Part shown: positions 1-12,300 of the stretch, one piece after another | How positions within the stretch are numbered: the first letter of the stretch is position 1 | Layout: the number at the start of each line of letters is the position of its first letter | Origin: Myxococcota bacterium | GTDB lineage: Bacteria; Myxococcota_A; UBA9042; PHBI01; JAWLBL01 | Direction of reading: 5' to 3' | DNA length: 64,000 nucleotides | Assembly: GCA_041687695.1 (NCBI GenBank) | Contig: JAWLBL010000002.1 | Span: 198,761-262,760, forward strand | Notes under the pieces: model-generated | The model's input: only the letters and a program-made list of their open reading frames with translations | Told to the model about the DNA's origin: nothing | Database searches by the model: none | Position numbers and translations under genes: made by a program

Positions 1-116
1 CCCTCCTGCCGATCGAAGTCCCGATCCGCGTGCGCCGCGCCCAGCAGGATGTCGGCGATGGCGCACAGCTCACGCACGTGCAGGGGCTGGGCCGGGTCTT
101 CGTACGGGTGGGGCAT
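1..116 (-). CDS. 5' part of a probable TerB-like (tellurite resistance family) protein, truncated by the window edge
   Basis: ATG at 116 with a GGAGAGG RBS upstream; manual translation MPHPYEDPAQPLHVRELCAIADILLGAAHADRDFDRQE matches the TerB-type LLxxAxADxxxxxxE pattern. Confidence 0.55.
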   Translation of the reverse strand, partial: MPHPYEDPAQPLHVRELCAIADILLGAAHADRDFDRQE

Positions 117-333
117 GGGGGGCCTCTCCGGGCGAGTGTGAAATGCCACGAAATCAGGGGTTGAATACGGCGCCCGCCCATCGGCCCGGACGCCGCCCGC
201 GTGCCGCGGCACGGGCACGTCGCGCTGCGGGTCGGAGCGTCGCGCCGCGAATCGAAACTAAACGATCTTGTCGGATCCCGCGCCACTGTGTAAATGCGAA
301 CGCCATTCACAACTGTGCACACGCGGGATCCCC

Positions 334-3300
334 ATGTTCGCTCGACGCCTGCAGCTCTGCGCCGCCGTCGCCTTGGCCGCCGGGTTCGCCCTGCCAGCCA
401 CCGCCTCGGCCGCCCCCCTGGTCGACCACGACGCCGGCATCTGGTTCGACACCTACGGCGACAACACCGGCATCGACACGAACGGCGGTCAGACGACCGG
501 CGTCAAGCTCGACCCCTTCGGGCAGCTGGTCACGCTCGCCCCCGGCTTCGACGCCGGCCAGCTGGCCACCAGCGTCGTCGAGCCGTCCTCGTTCAGCGCC
601 TGGCGGACCATCGACCTGTCGTTCACGGCCTCGGCCACCGCGGACCTCGAGGTCTGGGTGCAGGACGCCGACACCGGCACGACCACCGGCCCGCTGCCGC
701 TCGGCCCGCCCGCGGACCCCTCCTTCGACGCCTCGGCCGACCTGTCGGGCCTCGGCACGTCGGTGCAGCGCGTCCGCGTCCTGGTGAAGCTCGCCCGCAC
801 CGGCGCCCTGGCGCCGACGCTGCAGGACCTGCGCGTCACCTGGCAGCCCGAGTCGGTCCTGCAGATCGCCAAGGAGGCCCCCGCCTCCGCCTGCGCCGCC
901 GACACGGTGACCGCCAAGCTCAAGGTGTCGGTCTCGTACGTCGAGGCCAGCAACCTGGTCGTCTGGGAGGCCCTGCCGACCCCCTCGGCCAACCCCTTCG
1001 GGCAGGCGGCCCCGCTCACCTTCGTCAGCGCCACCTCCGGCGGCCTGTTCAACGCGGGCGGCCCGCTCGTTATCGGTGACGTCACCGTCCCGGCGGGCGC
1101 CGTCTACTGGGTGCTCGGCGACCGGCCCAGCGGCCAGACCTTCGCTTTGTCCTACACCGTCCGCTCGCAGATGGGCACCTTCGACCAGACGGTCTTCTCT
1201 GGCGCCGCCCACGCCCAGGCCGACAACGCCGCCCAGGTCGCTTCGGCGACCGTCGGCACCACCATCACCTCGCAGCCCCAGCCCTTCCTGTTCCGCGCCA
1301 CCACCGGCACCTATCGCCTGTTCGGCAAGGACCACACCGAGGCGGGCGACGTCGTCGGCTTCACCCTGTCGGGCGGCAACTACAACGTCTGGCCGGGCAC
1401 CTGCGGCGAGACCTACTTCCAGGCCGTCCTGGTCGAGGACGTCAGCGGCCTCGTCGACCCGGCCGCCACCGACCCCGCCTTCTCCGGCGGCGCCGCCTTC
1501 GACACCCCGCCCGGCCTGCACGCCATCACGGGCGGCGGCGTCTACACGGCCACCGCCACCACCGTGAACGGCGTCGCCGTCCCCGCCCACAGCATCTACT
1601 GGGATCTCGGCCACCTCGCCGTCGGCGCCAAGTTCAACGTCGGCTACGCGGTCGATCTGAAGGCCGGCCAGCCCGACGGCCCGCTGTACGACGGCCAGTC
1701 CCTGCACACCTCGGCCACCCTGGCCTCTGGCCACGCCCCCGAGCAGGTCGTCCGCCCGCAGGAGATCGTCATCGGCGTCCCCGACGACCCCAGCGGCGCC
1801 TTCGCCAAGGGCGACAAGATCCGCGGCGTCGCCAGCGTCTCGGCCGGCAACGACAACGCCTTCATGACCATCGGCTACGGCGACACGCTGCCCTGGCTGC
1901 TCCGCACCGCCAACACCGGCGCCTCGGCCCTGAACGACGTGCTGATGGTCGACAAGATCCCCGCCGGCACCCGCTTCGTCAGCGCCTTTTTGCCCACCTC
2001 GGCCGCCGGCACCGTCCACTACCACACCGGCGGCGCCGCCAACGACGACCAGACCCCGCCCGACCTCGACGCCGCCACGGGCGTCCTCGGCGCCGGCTGG
2101 ACCACCACGCCCCCCGCCGACGCCTCCACCGTCACCTGGGTCGCCTTCCGCGTCCCCACCCTGGCCTCGCCCTACTTCCCCGACGGCGTGACGCCCTCCG
2201 ACGTCGTCGCCGAGCTGACGACCCAGGTCCTCCCGCCCGCCGACGGCTGCCCCGAGACCACGCTCACCAACCGCGGCCTCTTCTTCGCCTACGCCTACAC
2301 GCCCTTCGGCGAGACCACGCCCGAGGCCATCGCCGGCGGCCCCATCACGACCTCCGAGGTCGAGCCCGTCGTCGTCGTCCCGACCGTCCCCAGCTTCGCC
2401 TCGACCCACATCGTCGCGAGCCCCAGCACCGTCGTCGCCGGCCAGAGCGTCACCCACACCCTGTCCATCCCCAACGCCCGCCCCACCGGCGGCCCCGTCG
2501 ACCAGGCGACCCAGGTCGAGGCGACCATCCCCATGCCCACGCTGCAGGTCAACGGCGCCTCGCAGCCCCTCAGCCCCACGAACGTCACCGCCCCCGGCGG
2601 CCAGATCGACCTCACCGGGCTCCCCGGCGCCCTGGTGGTCCGCTGGCCGTCCATCGCGCCCAACCAGACCCGCACGGTCACCTTCGACCTGGCGGTCCCC
2701 AAGGGCGTCATCGACGGCACGACCTTCACCACCAGCGCCACGGTCGTCGGCCACGACGACGTCTGCGGCGTCGTGACCGGCTCGGCCGCGCGGCAGGTCA
2801 AGGTCCAGGCGACCCCCTACCTGGCCGTCACCAAGCAGGTCGACCTGTCGCTGGCCGGCCCGGGACAGGACATCAACTACACCCTGGGCTACCGCAACAG
2901 CGGCAACGCCCCGTCGACGCGCACCTGGATCGTCGACCGCGTCCCCAGCACCGTCGCCTTCCACTCGGCCGAGATCCCGGCCAACGGCGCCCAGGTCTGG
3001 TTCAGCGACGACACCCCGCCCTTCGACGCCGCCAACCCGACCACCGCCGGCCTGCCCGACGCGCTCATCCCCGGCTTCGCCTTCAGCGACGCCGTCATCC
3101 AGGCCCACTTCGTCCAGGGCTCCGTCTCGAACGGCCGCGTCGTCTCGCCCTACGGCGCCGCGACCACCTGGATCGCCTGGCTGGTCGACGACCCCGCCCT
3201 CACCCCGCCGCAGCTCGTCACCGACCAGCTCCAGCAGGTCCGCTTCCGCGTCACGACGCTCGAGGTCGCCCAGGGCACCGTGGCCACCAACGAGGCCGCC

Positions 3301-6300
3301 ATCCTGTCCAAGGAGCTGCTCCAGAGCGTCGGCAACCAGGCGCGCACCGTCATCTCCCCCGAGCCGTCGCTGGTCATCGCGGTCGACTCGCCTGACGTCG
3401 TCGGCGCCGGCGAGCCGTTCCAGTACGTCCTCACCTACGTCAACGACTCGTCGAACCCCGACACCTCCGTCGTGATCTCCCTGACGCTGCCCGACGGCGT
3501 CTTCTACGCGGGCACGTCGACCCACACGCTCAACGCGGCCGCCCAGGCCGAGCACGGCGGCAACGTCCCGATGACGCCCACCGTCTCCAACGGCGGCCAG
3601 ACCCTCACCTGGATCGTCACCGACGCGCTGGGCGGGCCGCTCGGCCAACTCGAGGGCGGCGCCTTCGTCGTGGACGTCGCGGTCGAAGCCGGCACCCCGT
3701 CGGGCACCTTCGTCACCGCCGTGGCCCAGGGCAACGCGACCAACGACGTCGGCGCGGTCGAGGTCTACGCCTCGACGACCACCCTGGTCGAGAACCCCGA
3801 CCTCGGCCTCGACCTCCTGGTCGACGACGCCGCGCCGCGCGCCGGCGAGACCGTCACCTTCACCGTGTCGCTGGTCAACGGCGGCGCCAACCGCGCCCAG
3901 GGCGTGTCGCTGACCGCGCAGCTGCCGGCCGGCCTCACCTACGTGCCGGGCACGACCCAGCTGGCGACCCCGGGGTGGGGCCTGGTCCCCGCCAGCGAGC
4001 CGACCGTCTCGGGCGGCACCCTCACCTGGTCGCTCGCGGCCGGCAACGCCCTGACCCGTCCGCCCAGCGCCCCCGGTGTCTTCCCCGGCGCCACTGGCCC
4101 CGTGCTGCTGGTCATCAAGGCGACCGTCGGCGCCTCGGTGGCGCCCGGCACGACGTTGCAGACCTGCGCCACGGTCGCGGCCACCACCGCCGAGGAGGGG
4201 CTGCTGCCCAACGACGACTGCGTGGACGTCCGCACGCCGCTGCCCGACGTCTACGTGACCAAGGCCGCGCCCGCGACCGCCAAGCCCGGCGACAAGATCG
4301 CGCTGACGCTGACCTACGGCAACCACAACAACGAGCACGCGGCCGGCGTCGTGCTGATCGACCGCCTGGCCGACGGCCCGGTGCCGGCGGGCGACGGCGC
4401 CGTCGACGTCCGCTACGTCTCGCACGTGGTGGGCGCGGGCGAGGTCGCCTGGTTCTCCAGCGCCCCGCCGACCGGCGCCCTGCCGGCCTTCGACGCGGCC
4501 GACCCGGCGGCGGACGGCTGGAGCCAGAGCCCCGGCGCGCTGGGCGGCCCGGTCACGCACGTGGCCTTCGTCGTCGGCGCCCTGCCGGCCTACGCGCCGC
4601 CGCGCACCATCGTCGTCGAGGTCGAGCTGGTCGACCCGGCGACCGGCCTGCCGCCGCAGCCGGGCAGCGCCTTCGAGGGCTGCGCGACCATCTCGGCCAC
4701 CACGCAGGACGACGACCCCAGCAACCACGAGGCCTGCGCGACCACCCAGACCCCCGGCATCGATCTGTCGCTGTCGGCCCTGTGCGAGCCGCCGGGCGCC
4801 GAGCCGGGCCTGCTGCCCGGACAGATCTGGCGCGTGACGCTGGCCTACGCCAACACCGGCACCACCACGGCCTACGGCGTGCGCCTCGGCGCCGAGCTGC
4901 CGGCCACGGCCGAGCTGGTCGCGCTCGAGGGCGACGTCGTGGCCCTGGTCGACGCGGCCGGCCAGCAGGTCGGCCCGGTGGACGTCGCCGGCCAGCGCCT
5001 GCAGGGCGTGGTGCCGGTCACCTTCGACGGCGACGGCTGGGTGCTGGGCGCGCTCGACGAGGCCAGCCCGCTGTACTACCGCAAGATCGGCCTGCGCAGC
5101 GGCGACCGCGGCCAGCTGGTCCTGACCCTGAAGGTGGGCGAGGCCGTCGCCTCGGGCGCGCAGCTGGTCGGCGCCGGCGCGGTCGCCACGGACTACCGCT
5201 TCGACTGGGTCCCTGGCGATCCGGTCGAGGAGGTCACCGCCAACAACCAGGGGTCGTGCGGCACGACCGTCTGGCGCGCCGACCCGTTCCTGGTCAAGCA
5301 CGCCCGCGTCACCGGCGACGCGCAGGCCAGCTCGGTCGGCGCCGGCGAGCGCATCGACTACCGGCTCGAGTACGGCAACGCCGGACAGTTCGTGGCGGCC
5401 GGGACCGTCATCGAGGACACCCTGCCGGCCGGGACCGCCTACGTCGTGGGCAGCCTGACCAACGTGCCCGAGGGCGCGACGGTCGAGTTCGCCGGCGCGG
5501 CCGGCTACGGCTACCAGCCGGTCGGCGCCAGCGGGACGCCCGACCCCGAGGTCAAGGCGCTGCGCATCGTGTGGCAGGACGCGCTGCCCGCGCCGGCCAA
5601 CGCCATCTTCACGCAGGACTCGGCCCTGGACTTCCAGGCGGGCGTCCATGACGGCACGGCGGCCAGCGTCGCCTACGACGCCGCCATCGCGACCGGCGCC
5701 CCGTCCGGCGCCCTGCCGACCTACACGACCGAGGTCATCCCGGGCGAGGGCGAGGGCCAGATCCTGGCCTGGCAGAAGCTGGTCATGCAGACCGTGGTCC
5801 CGGCGACCGCCGACCCGATGGCCTCGGGCAAGTTCACCGTGACGGTGCTCGACGCGGCCACCGGCGAGCCCATCGAGGGCTACGTCGACCTCGCCCCCGA
5901 CAAGTCGGGCGCCATCGATCTGTCGGATCTGGACCCGCAGGCCGTCCCCGCCATCCGCCTGCGCGCCACGTTCCCGGCCGTCGGCGGCCTCATCTGCCAG
6001 GCCGAGCTGCTGCAGACGCCCATCGCACCCAAGGGGCTGCCGATGCCGCTGCCCGCGCTCGTTCAGGCGGTCAACGGCGCCGGCGACCTCGCCGGCCTCA
6101 CCGTGCTCGAGGGCAACGTCATCACCCCCGCCGTGTGGACGAAGTCCGGGGACGGCTGGGTGACCAGCGTCATCGAGACCGGCTACGAGCAGGCCAGCGC
6201 CAACTTCATCAACGCCGAGGGCACCGTCCTCGGCTACGTGCTCGGGGGCGGGCCCGCCGTCTGGCACGTCTGGACGCCCGACGCCGCCGCCCCCGGCGGC

Positions 6301-9300
6301 TGGGCCGCGGCGACGCTGGACTTCCCCGGCGCGACGAGCGTCAACGCGCAAGCGCTGCTCGACGGCGACATCATCATCGGGACGGCTTACGTGGGGGGCG
6401 ACTCGGCCACGGCCTGGGTGCCGGCGGCCGATGGCTCGGGCGAGTGGACCCCGACGGCGCTGGACTCGGGTTCCGGCCTGAACAACAAGCTGCTGGTGGG
6501 CTGGAACCCCCAGGGTGACGCGCTGGTGACCGAGTACACCACCTGGAGCGACCGGACCACCTGGGCCTTCCACCGCGACGGAGACCAGTACACGGCGCAC
6601 CAGGTGACCGGGGCCACGAACGCGATCGACATCTCGCCGGCCCGGACGGTCATCGCCAACGCCGGCAACGCCGCGCCGCGGGCCTTCAAGTGGGACGGCC
6701 AGGCCTACACCGAGCTGGCGCTCGAGGTGCCGGCTGGCGCCACCTTCCTCAGCCTGCAGTCCATCTCCGACACCGAGGTCATCGTGGGCACGGGGTCCGT
6801 CGGCGGCGCGAATCGCTCGGTCCTGTACCTGCCCCAGGGCGACGGCTGGGAGCTCGTCGAGCTCGGCGCGCCCGGCCCCTCGTTCACCATCGAGCACGTG
6901 GACGCACAGGGCCTGGCCTACGGCTATTACTACGACGTCAACTGGGTCCCGTTCTCGGGCGTCTGGATGCCCGACGCCGGTGCGCCGAGCGGCTACACGT
7001 TCGTCGCGCTGCCGGACAGCGACGCGCTCAACTACCGCATGTACGACGTCGTGGGCGGCACCTCGGTCGTCGCGGGCGTGACCAACGGGGTGAACGGCAA
7101 CGGCCTCGAGCTGTGGCGGGCCGACGCCGCCAGCGGGACGATCGCGGGCCCGGTCGTCGTCGCGGACGGCGCGCGCGTCCAGACCACCGCGCTGCGGGAT
7201 GGCGTCGCCTACGGAATCGTCCAGACCTCCGTCACCGAGTCCGAGACCTACGCCTGGTCCCTCCAGGCCGACGGCTCCCTCACCGAGACCGCGATCCCCG
7301 ACCTGGGAGACGTGTACGAGTTCCCGGTCCAGCCCAGCTTCGGCACGTCGTCGGGCGTGGTGGTCGGCACCGCGCAGACCTTGTTCTCCAGCGAGGTCGG
7401 CGTCGTCCTGACGGCCGATCCGGGCGCCGAGGGCGGCTGGGCGATGCAGATCCTGCCGTCGCTCGGCGGCGACTACCTCACCCCGCTGCACCTCACCCGC
7501 AGCGGCCTCATCCTGGCGGTCGGCACCGACGCGGTCGGATCCAACGAGTACGGCGTGCTGGTGCCCGACGCGACGCAGCCCAGCGGCTACCGGATGGTCC
7601 CGCTCACCGCCAACGAGGAGGCGTTCTTCGCCATCGACCACCTCTCCGAGAGCGGCATCCTGGTCGGCTTCGGCTATGACGCGGTCGGCCAGCAGCAGTA
7701 CCACGCCTGGGTGCCGAACGCCGCGCTGACCGAGTGGGTGCGCGTGCCCTTCCCGGCCGGCTACGGCTTCATGCAGCTGGCCGACAGCGGCGCCATCTGG
7801 ACCAAGGGGCTCGACGGCTTCGCGGCCCTGCTGCCCCACACCGGCGGGATGGAGGTCGTCTACGCGAGCGACCTGATGGGCGAGGGCGCGAACTTCTACT
7901 TCAGCGCGCAGGTGGGCATCGCCGTCGTACGCCGCGTCCTGGCCGACGGCACCGCCGAGCAGGCCGTCTACTACGGCAACCCCTCGCGCGACCCGAGCGT
8001 GGCCGAGCTGCAGCTGCCGGCCCCGGCCGGCCCCACGACCAAGTTCGTCGGCGCCAACTCGCACGGCGCGCTGCTGGGCCTGACCCCGGTCGGCGGCGAC
8101 CAGCTCGAGTTCGGGCTGTGGATCCCGACCGACGCCTCGCTCGCCGAGTACACCTACGTCCCGGTCCTGACCGCCCCCGACGGCGCCGTCCTCGTGCAGC
8201 ACGTCGGCGACTCGTACACCCTGGCCGGCTTCGCCGAGATCGACGGCGTCAAGGTGGCTGTCGCGTGGCTGCCCGACGACCCCAAGCACCCGACGTCGTG
8301 GATCATGAGCGTCGTGCCGTTGGCTCCCAACAGCTTCGGGGCCACGGTGACGGCGGTCGGCGAGACCGGCTACCTGATCGGGACGGCCAACTACAAGGGC
8401 TACAACCAGCCGACGCTGTGGGTCCCCGACGCCTCGGACCCCTCCGGCTGGGCCTCGATGCCCTACCCCCTGTCGCCCAACCAGCTGACGGGCAACGCCA
8501 TCCTCGCCATGGCCTCCGAGGAAGCCGGCTACCACTTCGCCGGCTGCGACGTGAAGCCCTCGGCGCGCCTCGACGCCTGGCGCGTGTCCTACCGCACCGA
8601 CCGCAACCCGTCGGTCGCCTTCCAGGCCGAGGTGCTCGACCTGTGCCAGGCGACCATCACCAACACGGCCGACATCGTCACCACCACCCCCGAGGTGACC
8701 TCCGACAACAACGTCGGCGCGGCCACCCTGCCGGTGCGGACCAGCGATCTGTCGGTCGCCGTCACCGCGGACAAGTCGATCGTCGCCGAGGGCGAGACGG
8801 TCGCGCTGACCGTCACCTGGGCCAACGCCGGCCCCAGCGCCGCCCGCGACGCCCGCGTCGCGCTGGCGCTGCCCACCGGCTTCCAGCTGGCCTCGGCCTC
8901 GCCGATGCCGGTGACGGGCACCGACGGCCGCCTCACCTGGGTGCTGGGCGACCTGCCGGCCGCCCAGGGCGGGCAGGCGCAGCTGACGCTGGTCGAGAGC
9001 GGCGCCGCGCCCGACGAGCCGCTGGCCGTGGTGGCCGAGGCCCTGACGAGCAGCATCGACTGCAAGGTCGGCAACGACACCGTCGCGCAGACGCTGGTCA
9101 AGGGCGCCTGGCCCAACCTGGCGGTGACGCTGACCGGCCCCGCGACCCTCCGCGTCGGCGAGGCCGCCGAGTTCACGGCGACCCTGGTCAACGACGGCAA
9201 CGCCGTCGCCGAGGACGTCGTCCACGAGCTGGTCCTGCCGGCCGGCTTCACCCTGCAGGCCCTCGATCCGGCGGCGGACGGCCAGAGCGGCCAGACGCTG

Positions 9301-12300
9301 ACCTGGAACGTCGGGGACCTGCAGCCGGGCGCCGGCGGCACCGTGACCTTCTCGCTGCTGGCGACCGACTGCGACGCCGTGGGCGCCAAGGCCGACATCC
9401 TCGCCTCGGCGACCACGAGCAGCACCGAGACCAACGTCGTCGACAACGGCGCCGTCAAGACGGCCATCCTGCTCGAGCCGCTGGGCGCGCTGTCGGCGCA
9501 GGCCTTCGCCAACCGCGCGACCGCCGAGGCAGGCGACGAGGTCATCTACACGATGCTGGTGACCAACACCGGCGCCGCCTCGGTGGCGGCCGCGACGGCC
9601 ACGGCGGCCATCCCGGCGCACGCGACCTACGTGCCGGGCTCGGCCTCGGCCGGCGGCGTCCTTGGCGGTGGAGAGGTGGCCTGGACCCTGGGCACCCTCG
9701 AGCCGGGCGCGGTCGCGGCCCTGACCTGGCGCGTCGTCGCCACCGGCGAAGGCGATCTGCAGGGCCTGGTCGGCGCGGCCGGCGAGGGCGCCTGCCCCGT
9801 GGAGGCCCCGCTCGAGGGCACCCAGCTGACCGGCCCGGGTGTGCACCTGGTCAAGTCGGCCCAGGTGCCGTCGCTGTGCCCGTCCGCGGGCGGCGCCGTG
9901 ACCTGGACCCTGACCCTGGCCAACACGGCCGCCACCGCCGCCAGCGACGTCGTGGTGACCGACCAGGTCCCGGCCGGCATGGCCTACGTGCCCGGCAGCG
10001 TCTTCGGCGCCGGCGCGTCGGCGGCCTCGGCCCCCAGCCTGGTCTGGAACGTGGGCACCCTGGCGCCGGGCGCGGGCCTGACCCTGGGCTACCAGGCGAC
10101 GGTCGCGGGCGGCGCCGGCAAGGTGCTGACCAACCAGGCCCAGATCGCCGTGGGGGACGCCAAGTGGGCCTCGTCGACGGCGGCGGTCCTGAACGACTGC
10201 ACGCGCGTGCTGACCCTGGCCAAGGCCTGGACGGCGGCCTGCGTGCAGCCGGGCGAGCTGGTCACCGTGACGCTGCAGGCGCGCAACGGCGGGACCTCCC
10301 CGCTGACGGGCGTCTCGGTCACCGACCAGGTGCCGGCCGGGATGGCGTTCGTGAGCGCCTCGGGCGAGCACGTCCACGACCCCGAGAGCGATGCCGTGAC
10401 CTTCACGGTGCCGAGCCTGGCCGGCGGCCAGACGGCGACCCTGACGCTGACGCTGCAGGCGACCGCCGGGGCCGGCGAGGTGACCGCCAACCGGGCCAGC
10501 GCGACCGCCAAGGGGCTGCAGCCGGTGGTGTCCAACCAGGTGGCCGGCGTGGCGCTGGTGTGTGACGACGGCAACGCCTGCACGGTCGACACCTGCAGCC
10601 CGACGCTGGGCTGCGTGTTCAAGCCGGCCCAGGACGGGACGGCCTGCGACGACGGCGACGCTTGCACGCTGGCCGACAGCTGCCAGGCGGGGGCCTGCGT
10701 GGGCGCCGAGCCGGTGGTGTGCGAGGCGCTGGACCAGTGCCACACGGCGGGCGTGTGCGACCCGGCTACTGGCGTCTGCTCGAACCCGGCGGTCGAAGAC
10801 GGGGTGGCCTGCGACGACGGCGACCTGTGCACCGTCGGCGAGGCCTGCTGGGCGGGCGAGTGCGGCCAATCGGAGCCGGTCGAGTGCGTCGCCAGCGACG
10901 ACTGCCACGAGGTGGTCGGCTGCGACGCTCAGACCGGAGAGTGCCTCGAGAAGGCTCGGGACGACGGCGCCAGCTGCGACGACGGCGACCTGTGCACGAC
11001 GGTGGACGCCTGCTCGAGCGGCGTGTGCGTCGGCCAGGCGCCGGTCGAGTGCGTGGCGGCCAGCGCCTGCCACGTGCCGGGCACCTGCGACCCGGAGACC
11101 GGGATGTGCGACGACCCGGCAGCCCCGGCAGGGACGGCCTGCGACGACGGTGACCTGTGCACGACCGTCGACACCTGCGACGGCGAGGGCGCCTGCGTCG
11201 GCGTCGAGCCGGTGGTGTGCGAGGCGCTGGACCCCTGCCACCTGGCGGGCACCTGCAACCCGGCGACGGGCGTGTGCGACAACCCGGTCGCGCCGGGGGA
11301 CAGCCCGGTCGCGCTGACCCTGACCGACGTGGGCTCGCTGGGCGGCAGCGACGGCGCCATCACGGCGGCCAACGACGCCGGCCAGTTCGTCGGCTGGGCG
11401 ACCACCGCCGAGGGCGACGAGCACGCGGCGCTGTGGACCGAGGACGGCGGCCTGGTCGACCTCCACGCCGAGCTGGACCTGGGCGACGGCGACAGCCGGG
11501 CCATCGGCGTCGGCGAGGGCGGCCACGTGCTGCTGGCCCTCGCCATCGAGGGCGGGGCCAAGCTGCTGCTGCGCGCGCCCGACGGGGCGGCGACCGAGCT
11601 GTGGGCGGTGGCCAACCTGGCCCCGACCGTGTTCGGGCCCAATGAAGGCGGCCTGGTGGCCGGTGCTGGCATCGACGGTCTCTTCGTCGGCGACGTGGCG
11701 GGCGCGCAGGCCATCGAGCTGCCCGAGGGCGCCACCGCGGCCACGCTGGTCGGGCTGAACGATCAGGATCAGGTCGCCGGCTCCTTCTCCGAGGACGGCA
11801 GCGTCCAGACCTTCATCTGGACCGTCGACGGCGGGGTCCTGTTCGCTCCGACCCAGGCGGGCGAGGACGCCGAGGCGGTGGGCCTCAACGGCGCCGGCCA
11901 GGTCGCCGGGACCTGGAGCGACGCGACGACCGCCAAGCTCTTCGTCTGGACGCCGGGCGGCGACTTCACGCTCCTCGAGGGCCCGGAGTCCCCCTACGCC
12001 CTCGGCATCGGCGAAGGCGGCCACGTCATCGGCGGCTACTACGACGGCGTCACCGGGGGCGGGATCGTCTGGGCGCCGGGCGACGCCGAGGTCACCGACC
12101 TGGGCTCGCTGGGCGGCGGGGAGCTCACCCCCGTCGCCGTCAACGCCCAGGGCCACGTGGTCGGCTACGCCGAGACCGCCTGGGGCGCCGTGCACGCCTT
12201 CGGCTGGAGCGCCTCGAGCGGCCTCGAGGGCCTGGGCGCGCTGGGCGGCGACCTGTCGCGCGCCTTCGCCATCAACGACGCCGGCCATGCGCTCGGCCAC

